Below are positions 47,995 through 60,862 of a stretch of 64,000 bases of DNA, piece after piece. The notes under the pieces are model-generated. The model ran no database searches. It saw nothing but the letters and a program-made list of their open reading frames with translations, and had not been told where the DNA came from. Position 1 is the first letter of the stretch; each line of letters starts with the position of its first letter. The position numbers and the translations under genes were made by a program. Source of the stretch: Takakia lepidozioides (Eukaryota > Plantae > Bryophyta); the NCBI GenBank assembly GCA_030704615.1, contig CM060733.1:41230001-41294000 (forward strand). The letters run 5' to 3'.

Positions 47995-49850
47995 TTAAAA
48001 AAGAAGATAAAAGGGACAGAGGCCTTTTTTATCAAATTAATAGAGAAAATGTCAACATCAGTGGAAAAAATAACCACTGCATGGGTTGTGAAGGCTTACT
48101 GCGGGGAAACTTTCCCGTGATCCTAGCATACCAGCTACTAAAGTAAGAAGAGCAAGTGAGGGAAAAGCAAAGAGCTGAGTGAAGAGGCTGAATCGTCTAC
48201 GTACTAAGATCTAAGTCAGGGGGTCCGAGGTGCTTTGAAGGTGAGCCAAAGGATGTGGTTAAAAGACATAGGATAGTAGAAAATCAGAGAGAGAAAGCTA
48301 GGTAACCAGAAGGTAGAGATTCCGGCTGCCACCGATCATAGTACTATGGAGATAGCGTATCAGCCCAGCAGATGATTGAGGGTCCCTGTGAAGTGCATTG
48401 GAGCTGAAAGAAAATGCTGGGGGTTGAAGAACCACAGAGATCCAGAGGTCCCGAGATAAGTGATCTCGAGCTTTCTTGTGACGCCAGTTGAAGTCTGCCT
48501 CCTCCCCTTCACCAGGGGACTTCCCATTGAGGGGGGATGGAGTTCTGCTAGGTAATCTGCAAGTTGGGAAGACAGGTGCCGAACACTCAGCCTTTGCCCC
48601 AGGACTATCAGGTGATAAAGTACCCAGTGTTCAATTTTTGTCAGGTGATAATGTGTGTTGGGCAACCTCTCTTTGCAAATTTCAATATGGACTCTACAAC
48701 TCTCATAAACCAGTCTCCAAGGTTGGCCTTTTGGGAAGGACATGGATTCACACACGTTGCCAGCATCAGATCTCAAAACTAGTTCCTCTCGGAAGAGACA
48801 GTAGTTGCTGAAGTGGTGGGCAGAAAGAGGGTAAGAGCTTGGGGCACCATTCTTGCAAACATCCCGCATTAATACATGCTTCCTATTTTGGACGATACGA
48901 ATGGACCTACCATGACCCCCACCTGGATGGCCTCTCCCAAGCCCAATCAAACAGTCATTCTGGTGCTCTCCTTTTGTGACAAGATGGCAACAGGCCTGGG
49001 CTTTAAGGCTGATATGGAAGACCATCTCTATAGATAGTTATCTACAAGGCTTCGTTGAAATGGACAAATCGACCTTGTTCCACATTAGGGTATTGGATGA
49101 GAAAGGGAATGTTAACCCAATCCCACCCCGAGGACGGGACATCGTATGGGCTCGGCACAATTTTTTTATATGGTTTCTCACCTGCCCACTGGCAGACCTG
49201 CAGTTTGACCCCAGAGAGTGGAACTGGATGGATAGACACCATTCCCCTTTCTTTGCTTTTTTAGTTAAATTGGGTTACACTCTCCTCGACCCAGCCAGAT
49301 CTTTCCTATCCAAATGGTGCTCAAAATGGGATTACCAACACTTCACCCAAACAGATTGGGACAAAATCTGGAAAAATGTCTAGAGGAAAGACCGTGCAGC
49401 TAAGATTTCAGGTTTCTTGTGGAAGCTCACGCCACAGGCCAAGATACTGCTTGTTAGACAAAAAACACATGAAGACCAACCTTTATGCTCTATTTGCAAT
49501 GCACAACCTGAACACTCCCTCGTGGTCTGCAATTTGTCAAGGAAGGTCTGGCAGATGGTGCTCTCTTTCTACTCCAATTGGAGTCTCTTTCCTACCCCAC
49601 CACCCCCACTCCTCATGTTGCTCAATTTCATGCCTGCATGGTTTCAGAATATATGCGATGTGTGGGCTTCATTGAGAGCACTTACCTTGTGGAAGATGAG
49701 GTGTGCTTGGGCTTTTTAGGGCAAACCCCCCAGGGGCAGATCTGTTTAGCTTTTATTATGATCTGCTGACTGAGGGGAGGAAAGCTTGGGATTCTGTGTG
49801 TGCAGCTATTCCCATAACTTCAAAACAATGGGGCAGGAAGCTGCTTCATA
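47995..49850 (-). mobile_element. L1/Tx1-like LINE with 5' inversion (twin-priming structure)
   Basis: About 47995-48606 is the reverse complement of the 3' part of the 21209 LINE (about 24533-25140). About 48607-49850 matches its upstream part (about 23310-24520) in the + orientation. Confidence 0.8.
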
Positions 49851-50299
49851 CATATTATTCATTGCTCTTAACCATCACACTACCCATTGCATTATGAGAA
49901 CCTTGAAACTATTTAATATTTTATCTGCATTGTTAGCGCCTACAGACAGGTCATGGGCCCCTCTTGGCTGGGACCTACCGCAGTGTACCGGCTTGCTCCT
50001 ACTCACAAGCGGACCCTACCATGGGTAGAAGCACTCCCACCCTCCATGGCCCTCTATGCTACACATGGGCCCTGCCGAAGGCACATGCGCTATTATCTTA
50101 TAATGAGAAGCTTAATGGTGCCAAATGGAGAGATCAGGGACACCTACATTAGATGTTTGATCAACAAAATAGACAAATGTGTTTAAACTTAGTTAAGTCC
50201 TAAGCACCAGCCCAACAATGGTGCATAGTGGCATGGATAATGCCATAACTTCCTACCCTGAATCATCCACATTATCTAACCTTACAAACATGTCCCTAC

Positions 50300-51146
50300 C
50301 GGTGTTGTGCGGGTCCGGGTTTTGAAGGCGGGTTAGGATCCGGGTTACCCGGACCCGTGCTATCACAAAAAACCCGGACCCTAACCCGGATCCTAACCCG
50401 GATTCATTTCTAAAATGAACCCGGAACCGGACCTGCCTGCTGGGTCTAGAACCTGTTAAACCCGCTACCCCTGGGCCAATGTAGCGGGTCAGGGTCCGGG
50501 TCTTAAATTTAGATGGGGCATGCGGGGTCCACCTTAGATTTGGTAGGTGTGTAGCACAGTGGTAATGCACATACCACCTCAAAAGCGGTTGTGGGTTCAA
50601 TTCCCGGAGTGGTGTCACAAAGTTGTGCCCTCTGGGACCATAATTTAAAGGAGACGTCATATATTATTATTATGCCAGATCCACACATCCATGCTATAGT
50701 GATCTACCCTTGAGGCATATTACTATTCTTAACATGTTTAAAGAATTGATATTGAAAAATAGAAAATGGAACTCAAACTTAATTTAATTCTTATTCATGG
50801 TATACATATTCATATTCATGGTATATTTTGAAGGAATGTCTCTTAAAATAAAATTCATTATTAGGATTTAAAGTTTTTTCCAGCCAAAATCCCTAATTAA
50901 TCTTAATTTTCTAATTTATTTAATCAATAAATTAGGACCTGATCCGAACCCGTGAACCCACTAATATTTCCCAACAACTACCCAGACCCTAACCCGAATC
51001 CGTGTTGACAAACCCGGACCCGAACCATCCGGATTTTCCAAATTTCAATTTCAAAAACCCGGATCTGGACCCGGACTTGGCTCCGAAAAAAAACCCGCAC
51101 CCGGACCCGGTGGGTTCCTTAAAAAGGCAGAACCCACACAACACTG
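50300..51146. mobile_element. Non-autonomous hAT element (MITE) with 8-bp TSD and ACCCG subterminal repeats
   Basis: TIRs C(G/A)GTGTTGTG(C/T)GGGT; GTCCCTAC at 50292-50299 and 51147-51154; many AACCCGGA motifs at both ends. Confidence 0.9.
50545..50665 (+). mobile_element. tRNA-derived SINE nested in the hAT MITE
   Basis: A box TAGCACAGTGG, B box GGTTCAATTCC, 3' end ACCATAATTTA..GTCATATAT. Confidence 0.65.
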
Positions 51147-51164
51147 GTCCCTACCTACTACGTA

Positions 51165-51341
51165 AAGGAATTTGGGGGCAGATTATGCCTTTTTTGAGGC
51201 AAATTAAGAAGCGGAAGATGGTCGCGCTCCAGGGTGGTAACGCATTCTGTATTCATACCGTTTGACTCTTATGATGGGCCGTTTGACTTTTAGCAGCTCA
51301 TTATGGCCGGCAGCCAATCATAATCTGCCCCCAAAATCCTC
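51165..51341. mobile_element. Tc1/mariner-type MITE (TA TSD)
   Basis: About 22-bp TIR AGGA(A/T)TTTGGGGGCAGATTATG; TA at 51163-51164 and 51342-51343. Confidence 0.65.
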
Positions 51342-51352
51342 TACACCAAATA

Positions 51353-51450
51353 ACGGGTTGGGATTGGCACATTATGCCTCCCCGTCCGCCATCACGCTCG
51401 CCCGCGTAGAGGCTCCCATTGGGAGGCATAATGTGCCAATCCCAGCCCGT
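51353..51450. mobile_element. 98-bp Tc1/mariner-type MITE/hairpin (TA TSD)
   Basis: 30-bp TIR ACGGG(T/C)TGGGATTGGCACATTATGCCTCCC with one mismatch; TA at 51351-51352 and 51451-51452. Confidence 0.7.
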
Positions 51451-51873
51451 TATCTAGTACATCCATATGCCTCTGAATTACACAAACTTTCACCGTTGCA
51501 ATTGGCAGATTATAAAAAAACCAAAACGTGGTTTTTCCACATGGACTCCAAGATTATTGCCATACATTTTTTTCACACTTTGGTGGCAGCCAGAGATATT
51601 TTTGATAACACTGAAGAGCCATTAGACCCGAATGTTTCTGTTGCTGACCGTCTCGTTGATGCTGTACGTACATACGTATGTAGTATGGTCCGATCGACAC
51701 CCATGTATCTGTACAGTCACAGTGACTTGGCCGCCTGTAAATGCTGTCCCATTTTTGTTTGTAAATTATGTAGAGGCACCGAGCGCGTTCCCGGGCAAGA
51801 GAACGCGGGTGGGCACGCGCGTGGGGAGAGGCATTGGCGATGCGGGAGCGAGGAGCGGTGCAGTGGAGGTTCA

Positions 51874-54800
51874 ATGGCGATGGTGGTGCCGGTGGATCCT
51901 GCGCACCAGTTCGACCATCGTGTGCTGCTGCGCTACTTGCAAGCATCCATCCCCGGCTTCCCGCCCCCTCCTGCAACACTTCAAGTATTCCAGGTGAATT
52001 CTGGACCTTGCGTCTCCGTGGTATCTTTTGGCACTTGCATAGGCCTCCGGAAGGTCCATGAATTTCGGTTTTCTCACGATGTGAGTGCGTGCAGTTTGGG
52101 CATGGGCAATCGAACCCCACCTTTTTGTTGAAATTGGAGCTGGATGGTTCTCAGCATCGCTTTGTGCTTCGCAAAAAACCACCTGGAAAACTTCTCCAGT
52201 CCGCGCATGCTATTGAGCGTGAATACCAGGTACCCATCTTTGATGAAAATGGAAGAGGATTACGTAGATCCAGATGTGGAAGGGGAATTAGTGACAAGTC
52301 ATTTGTGGAGCTCAGGAGTCTCACCAAATTGGAGAAACTGTGAAACGCCGGTGCAGAGTTTTAATTTTGACAATTGGTGTGAGGCTTGCAGGTTCTAGCA
52401 GCATTAGGGGATGGCAAGTCAAAGGTACCCGTTCCACGCGTGTATTGCTTGTGCGAAGATTCGAGCGTGATCGGCACCCCCTTTTATGTCATGGAGCACC
52501 TGCAGGGCCGTCTTTTTGTGGACCCTTCTCTACCAGTTTGTGTCTATCTCCTCCATTTACCATTTCTTTGGGCTCTTCTGGTCCTCTTGAATGTATACTT
52601 CTGTAAAATGCTTTGATGGCGGTTATGTCGCTAGTCTGACTGTAAGATGCAAGTCGAGCTAGATGAATCATGAATCAGTGGGCTTGGCCTTGTTGTTAAC
52701 AAAATATGGATGACTCAGATTCTCAAGGACGAGGAAGCTAGTATTTGGTGATGATGGTTGACCCTCTCCCTGCTTTCTCAACCCTCCTTTCTCTTGCCAA
52801 GGAGTTGGTGACATTACTTAATCTCCCAAAGCTTTTATGCAAAAATGGATTCTGTTATTTGTCTGTTGCATGAGAAGTGCGATATCTGAATTCTTCTTTT
52901 GGGGAGCTGTCATCAACAGGGGATCAACCCAGAGGAACGGAGAGCCATTTACCACGCCATGGGCATGACTTTAGCGGCCATCCATTTAGCTGATGTGGAT
53001 GCCATTGGTTTGGGTCGGTATGGTCGCAAAGATAACTACTGCAGACGACAGGTTTGGACCTCCTTTCAGGCCTGACTGTCCATTGAAGAAACACATTGTG
53101 TATGAAAGTTTGGCTATCTAGGCACAATTCCCCTCTCGTAGATTGCCCAGTAAATAGTTTTGAAAGAGGGAATTTGTGCTTAGCTGAGCAGCAGCAGCTT
53201 TTCCACCAACCTGAGTACAATGTCGCATGCAAATTCGCAGATTTGGTGAAACCTTCAGTCGAATGGTTATTTTACAGGGTCAGTATCGAATTTTCCAGTT
53301 ATGTCTATCCTGTTTGTTGTTGGTGTAGGTGGAAAGGTGGGCTGCCCAGTACAACTTGTCAACTGGTGAAGGAAAGCCTGACCCAGATCCAAATATGCTC
53401 GTAGTCATCCAGTGGCTCAAGGAGCACATCCCAGCAGAAGACAGAGTGGCAGGCCAGAGGACGGGACTTGTGCATGGAGATTTTCGAATTGACAACCTTA
53501 TCTTCCATCCTACAGAGGTATGTTCTAAGAGGTCACATCCGTTGAACCTTAGAACTCATCTAATGGAAATTGTCTCTTTAACCAGCTATTTGAGAGAGAA
53601 GTTTGTCCCTGTATGCCTTGTGTCTGGCAGTTTTGACGCCACCTACTTTCGCAATCTGTATTGACACGGGGGTTGTTTTAGCAGTATGCAAATTAAGAGG
53701 AAAATGAACACTGAAATTATGATTGGCTGCCCGCAAGTGCTACAGGCATTTTGGGTACAAATCCCATCAGCTCTAGAAAGGATAGTATTTCACAGGGACC
53801 ATATTCAGCAGGCATGTCAGAAGCAATATTCAAATGGAAGGGGGTCATTGAATACACATCTTATTCTCTTTGCTCTATGTTGTCAGTTTGTTCAACCTTG
53901 TCTTATGGGCCATTGTATCCCTCTGGATGTTGTAGAGTTTCTTTCTTTCTCTCTCTCTTTTATCTTTTTTTTTTCCTTTCTATACAAGAAGTGTTGAAGT
54001 GCCGGTTACTGGCATGGCAGGCACGAGTAATGGGGGTCCTTGATTGGGAGTTGTCAACACTTGGAAATCAAATGTCGGACATTGCATACAACTGTCTGGT
54101 GTGTATCTTTGTCACTTGAGATCAGGGGGTCTCACCTCTGTCGAGAACCTGATTCTATGCTATTTGGGACAGACCTATTCGGCTTGGCTTTCCTACAAGT
54201 GACGATTTTTTTGTAATGCCTCTGGTCCTACGTAGGATGTGTTCCAGAGATGATTGTGTAGTCGACGTTTTTTGTTTCCAAAGTTTGATCTGGTGCTTTC
54301 TGCTATCGAAATTTAGTGGCAATGTTGGATGGTGCAGCCTTTTGTTGTGAAGAACAGTGAGAGTCCTGCAGCAAAGTACGGTATAAGTGATGAACATCCA
54401 CAAGGGATTCCTTCCTTACCAGAGTATCTCGACGATTATTGTCGGGCAGCAGTGAGTACCAGTTTGTTTTGCTTGGTGCTCTATCTCTGTTACTCTTGAA
54501 CGTGCAGCTGACCTGCTCATGTTAAAATACAACATTCGTAGGATAGGACTCCAGAATGTTGACACTTAACTAGAGCTGTGTATCAGGAGATTATCCTCTA
54601 CTAGCAAAGTTCGTTCTCAGGAATGCTGATGGGGGCACGTAGATTCACTTGAATGAGAGAGGCATTTTGTTCAAAAGACTGCTCTATGCAGCAGGGCTGA
54701 ATATGTGACAGAGGTGTATTTCATGTGATACTCTCACATTTGAGAAATCTGATTGAGCTACTTTTAATGGGGAACCTTCAGGTCGCAAAATGTGATGAGC

Positions 54801-57800
54801 CTGGCAGGGTTGAAGTGAAAAACAGTGATTCTCATGGAAGAAACAACCCTGTTTTCAGTATCATAGTCTTACTTGCCTATAATTAGAAACAAAACTCTGC
54901 CTTTTCAGTCTTATTGAAATTTCTCCATTCCAGGGGGTTCTATGGCCAGTTGATACGTGGACATTCTACACCGCACTCTCACTATTCCGTTACGGTGCCA
55001 TCTCGGCTGGAGTCTATCTACGAATGCTTCAGGTTTGTGATACATATTTTCTTTGCTTCCCCCCTGCTCATCATGTCTCATAGTTTTCACTGTCAATATA
55101 GCAATTGTCAACCTTTCTCCTGACTTCTTAGTTTTAAACTGGACCTCTGCTCAGTGGCACTTCCCCCCTTGCAACCAGGTAGAGTCGAGCTCAATTTTGT
55201 AAAAAAGAAGGTCATTGGCTGGGGGACAGCTGTAGCAGTTCCAATATGAGGCTTTCAGCCATTCAATGCTACGGCATCTGTGTACTGGTGGGGGTACACT
55301 GTCCCTCTTTCTCTAGATCTTAATCTAAATTGTCTCAGCATCCACACTATTTTCTCCAAACATGCAGATACAAGATCTTTTGAGCTTGGTTTGTATTGCA
55401 CAAGTTTTAAATACTCAGATTGAGTGGACATGAAGGTCAGTAAATTGTACATCATTTAATGTGACATATAAGCAGGACTACCTCATGAGAAGGAGCCCAC
55501 TTCGCTGTATTATTGACGAACAATAGAACCTACAACACATTTTTCCTTGAGACAAAAGACTTCACACCTCCAAGCACCTGTCATTTGCTGCTTGAGGAGT
55601 TGATATGACAGGATGGTACTTCTCTTGTGGACATCATGACTCCCTCAGAATACGTTCAAGGGAATGTGCGGTTCGCTTTGGAATATGCAGGGTAATGCAT
55701 CAAGTGGAAAACGGGCCATGGAGTCTGAAAAAATGGCTAAATACTTTGCAGCTACAGCCTTGAAGTTGATTGGACAACACTCGTCAATGCTGCCTGCCAG
55801 GCCACCTACCCTTCTGTCTGGTATGCTGGCTTTGCTATGACTTTCAGTTCCATTGCTGTTGAACATCAAAGGGGAATAGTGTCGCAAGGGAAGGGCAGTA
55901 AACATTAGTCTACAGAAACAAGACTAATCTGAAGATGAGAAGTGATATCTGTATCATGACATCAAGGTTCTTTTTCCTAAGATTCATCCAACTACATAGT
56001 GAAGTCCACTAGCACTGTCTCAATTCCCTTCACCCTGATGAGGGTCAGCAATCCAGAAGATAACTTTGGACTCTCAGTGATTATTAAAAGGAGATTTATT
56101 GCATGTGATTATACATTATAGATCTGGAAAGAAGTGCTCATGGCAAGAATGGGTTGATTCCTACTCTAAGGAACTGGTAAAGAGTGAAAAAGAGACGCAT
56201 ATTGTTGACTGTTGCCGTGCCACCATTATCTCTTGATGGCATAGTCATCATCTGTCTTGGAGCCACTCATGGAGACCCAGCAGTGTACAGAAACTGAAGC
56301 TTGCACAACCAACAGCCCTCTTGTTATAGGGGAGAAAGTATGGAACGAGGGTTGGCAAAGGTTACCAGATTGTTGACAATTTAATTAGTCAGCCTTTCCC
56401 CTGCCACACTGACAAGTGTAGTGCAAAGTTACACCTCATACATATGGTACCTGGAAAACCTAGCCATGGTCAATGGTCAGTGATGATGTGGTCTGAATGG
56501 AGGCAACCTGGTTGTCAAATGAGCCACGAACGTACTCTGTTTACAGCTTTTGTGCTAACCTACTAATCCTTTTACTGCTGTGGGAACATTTTCAGATCTG
56601 GCGGTCAGTGCTGCTACTACTGGTGATGAGGTTCATGGGCCAAAAACATTTGGGTTTGCTCCATCGGCAAGAGTGGCAGAACTGAGAAGGAGAATACACT
56701 CATTTATGGAGACAAACATATATCCGGCAGAGAAGGAGCTCAATGCTCTTGCCTTGTCAGAGAATCGATGGGCAATTCATCCCACTGAGGAAAAACTCAA
56801 GAAGATGGCTAAGTTGCAGGGACTCTGGAATCTCTGGATACCTGTATGACCCCTGCTTGTCCCTCTGGTGGACCCCTTGTAATTTTGCATTTGATTGTTT
56901 ACTGGTTTTGTTGAGCAGATTGTTCTTCTATTGTACAGGATGCTATCTAAAGTGTCTCTAGGAAAGCCCACTGAACAGCATTGAAGTGTGGATGTTAAAG
57001 AGATTGAGGTATATGTGGAATTGGAAAAAAGCATGTGGTGAATTCTCAGGGAATGGTGCTGCTCTATGGGTTTACATTACAAGGACATTCTGTTAGTGGT
57101 TTCAGTTGCAAGTGAACTCAACTGTGGGATTTACACGGCATACATGACAGGAGGACAGTGCAAGGCTTGCCTCCAGTGTGTTGTACGAGGATGGCAAACT
57201 TTCTCATTCAAAGGATGTGGCCGACCGGCTAGTGGGAGCTGGACTGAGCAATTTGGACTATGCCCATTTGTGTGAAATTATGGGACGCTCAGTCTGGGCC
57301 CCTCAAATGTTCAATTGTAGTGCACCTGACACTGGAAACATGGAGGTGCTATCTCCATTCCCTCCTCTCCCCTTCCATCCCAAGACACCAGGTACAGGCA
57401 TGCTCTTACATAGTGTGATGGAGGAATGGAGTGGAAGACCACTGGGCTCTGGAGTTTTGTCAGTGCGAGGGTGTGATTCAGTTCTACTTAAAAGCTCACT
57501 TGTGTTGGGACCAGCTAACTTTCCTCCATCAGCCTTATGATCACTTGCTGTTTCCACCCGCTTGTATTTGTATAAATTTCCTCATCACACTTCATTGAGT
57601 TCTGTTGGTGCAGGCATGCTTTATACTACTTCCAATAGGTCTAACATCTAGTGCAAAATTGGAGTGGGAGATCAGCTGGAATCAAGCCGTTATCTTGCAA
57701 ATTGGACAGCTGGCTATAAAAGAGCTGTGGCAGTTCCATACTAGTATGCTCAGTGTCTTAGAATGTATTCCTACAGGACAAATAGTGGGAAAGCATTATT

Positions 57801-60800
57801 TTGTCCATCTACCTCATGGTGCTATTCTCGTTTGCTGTTGTCTTTCATTTCATAATTTTTGTTCATTGAGCTCTGTTGGTTCTGTGAAGGTGTTGCTGCG
57901 GTATGGAAATGCTGAGCAGCAGCGACAGTGGTTGAAGCCGTTATTAGAGGGGGAGATTCGCTCTGCATTTGCTATGACTGAACCCAATGTGGCATCTTCT
58001 GACGCAACCAACATTGAATGCTCAATTGTCCGGTTGGATATTTTACCTTAGTTTTTAGAACTCCAATTTTTACTTATATATATTCACATGCCTAATACCA
58101 GATACCTAAGATGATCGACTCTATTTCTTGGAAGCAAGACCATCCTGTTAAACAGGCCAAGTCCTGGCAGAAATAGTTGGAGGAGATTTTCAAGCACCTG
58201 AAGATTAGGCCCGATGAACTGACCCTGGCAGATGAAGCTGACCTGGAGGCTGAGGTGTCTAAGGCTATGTCGGAAGCATGAAGAATGTCCAAACAGAACA
58301 AAGTTAGGCATAAAACTTCCCTGAACTTGTTTCCAGTTTGTGACACGGGTCAGGACCTTAAGGATGGTCTGAAGGGCCTACCTACCCTCCGCACTAGCCT
58401 GGAATTGAAACTCAGCGGCGAGTCTACCATTGAACAATAAACAGATGCAGAGGGAAAGGGTGAATGTCAATGCCGGATGTGTGGGCAGCCTGATCAAGAC
58501 AATATCCATTTTCTGATACAATTTGCAGGGTATTCTCATCAGAGAGTGACCCTCTTCAGGGCCATCAGGAACATAGTCCCTGCACCTCTGTTTGCCAACT
58601 TTCAAAATCTCGAGGCTCAGCCTAAAGTCCTGGCCCTATTGGCGTCTAATTACTGGGCAGCTCACACTGCAGATTGATGATTGTGTGAATGGATTTCTAG
58701 AGGAAATATGGAAAGGCCAACGCAATTGTTTATACGGAGTGAGCCCCTCATAGTCCCTCTTGTTCCGTGTAAACTGTTCATGGGGTCTATGGGCACAAGG
58801 CTAGGGCAAGCAATGCTGCAAGAGTACATTTTCTCATGTTGGTGTTTCTCAATGCAGAGAGGGAGATGAGTACGTGATCAACGGTCACAAATGGTGGACC
58901 AGTGGTGCTATGGATCCAAGATGCCAGCTGCTGATTGTTATGGTAGGTAAAGAGTACTGAAGAGGATGAAAAAGTGTTTTGACTTAAAGTTATTTAGTCT
59001 CCAATGTGGTCACAGATGTCTTGTTCGAATAGGTTGACACTTTTGAAGAATCGGGTGGGCTATTGACAAGTGATAGGCTCACTAAGTGATTAATCATAAC
59101 TTTTCAAGTGTCATTGGAAATTTGCTGTTAGTGAACATTGAGATATTTTGTAGTGTTGGGATTTTACCAGTAGTTTTGAAGAATGATTATCAAGGAACTC
59201 CAGTGACAGTCTTACTGCATCCACTAGTAAAGCTATTGTAAACTATGTAGCTTTCCAGAATGGTCTTGTGGCTATTGCAAAGCAGATTCAGTAGTAACCA
59301 AATGGTAACTGCTGGGACATCTTAAGAGGCTAAGCTCCTAAGTCTCTATTGTTTCTGTGGTTCATATTGGCAGGGGAAGACAAACACAAAAGGTCCCTTG
59401 CACAGGCAGCAGTCCATGGTACTGGTTGACATCAAGACCCCGGGTGTGAAGTTAGTGCGGCCTTTGCTGGTCTTTGGCTTTGACGATGCTCCCCATGGGC
59501 ATGCGGAGGTTACGTTTGAGAATGTGCGGGTTCCAATCTCCAATCTCCTATTGGGTGAGGGGCGTGGGTTTGAGATTGCCCAGGTGTGTGGTACTTTCTC
59601 TCCCTTGCTTTTTTTATGGAATTTTAGTCTCAGCAACTTCGCTGTTTCTGGTTTCATTTTCAACGTATCCATCAGTGTAATGCCACATTGCTTATCTGGT
59701 TTGCCAGTTGCCAGAGGTGGCAAGTAAAATGGTTAATTGGAAAAGGGTAAAGTTGCATCTGCAGATCGTGACTGTGTAAGGCATTTCTGAAATGGTGTTT
59801 TGCCTGGTCCCAATCATCTTCTTCTTCTGCGATCTCACTAAGTGGCAAAGTACGGTGTGGTGGTATTTGTTATTCATATGCAGGGAAGACTAGGCCCTGG
59901 GCGACTGCATCACTGCATGCGCTTGGTGGGGGCTGCTGAGCGCGGCATGGATTTAATGGTGAAAAGGGCCATTGAGCGCAAAGCATTTGGCAAGGCTCTC
60001 GCTCAGCAGGGTTCTTTCCAATCAATGCTTGCCAGGGTTGGTCTCTCAGACTCAAATGTGAATTTGTTTCCTCCATATCTATTGATGAAGGGAATTTTGC
60101 TCCTCTGGACATTGAGGCCACACAAGATGTGGGTTGGGGTGGAGCAAGACTGACAGTCTGCATATATACTGAGAAGAGGTCTTTTTGTCATCAAATTGAC
60201 GTAGGTTGCTATGGCTTTGTTCTTTGGTTGCAGTGTCGTTTGGAGATTGAACAAACTCGACTTCTGGTGTTGAATGCTGCCAACCAACTGGACTTGTATG
60301 GCAACAAAGTTGCAAGAGGAGCCATTGCCATGGCCAAAGTATGCTGCCTTCTCTAACTCTGACTCCTATATAATTCTATGTATGCTTGGTGCTCTTTCAC
60401 TTGTACAAGGGTGTTGCAAAGGTTCATACAACTCGACCATAGTATTAGCTCAACCAGTCTAGTGTACGTGCCATGCAGATAGCTTGCTCTCATTCAAATA
60501 GACTGGTCTGTCTTTAAATGTGAAAGGTGTCTTTGGTTTAGACCAGCTATGTCTTTGAAGCTAGGCGGGCAATGGTGTTAAATCTGAATATTCCTTAGTA
60601 AGATGTTCTAAGTCTCTCTCTGTATGGCAAGCATATGGTGTACTAAAGTAATTTTGGGAAGTAACAGGTTGCAGCTCCCAACACAGCACTGCAAGTGTTG
60701 GACAATGCCATTCAAGTACATGGAGGTGGGGGTGTTAGCTCCGATTTTCCATTGGCACATCTGTGGGCAAGTGCTCGCACACTACGGATTGCAGATGGCC

Positions 60801-60862
60801 CAGACGAAGTTCATCTTGGCACTGTTGCCAAACTCGAGTTGTCAAGCGCCTCGAAACTTTAG
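51874..60862 (+). CDS. IBR3: Peroxisomal acyl-CoA dehydrogenase IBR3 (ACAD10/11 family: APH kinase-like domain + ACAD domain), 17 exons
   Basis: GT-AG exons starting at about 51874, 52095, 52392, 52920, 53329, 54021, 54338, 54934, 55691, 56597, 57151, 57890, 58858, 59374, 59884, 60234 and 60669. Motifs [86 protein letters not shown]-terminal SKL-stop (PTS1). Confidence 0.95.
58395..58680 (+). mobile_element. Degenerate RTE/RTEX-like LINE C-terminal remnant within an IBR3 intron
   Basis: LGIET...[25 protein letters not shown] resembles the IET..C..C..ED..HF...C..Y...R zinc-finger tail. Confidence 0.45.

Noticed and set aside
51262-51873. N-terminal extension of IBR3 in the 289-aa ORF
   Set aside because: It starts at a non-ATG codon and runs through MITEs; IBR3 homology starts at ATG 51874.
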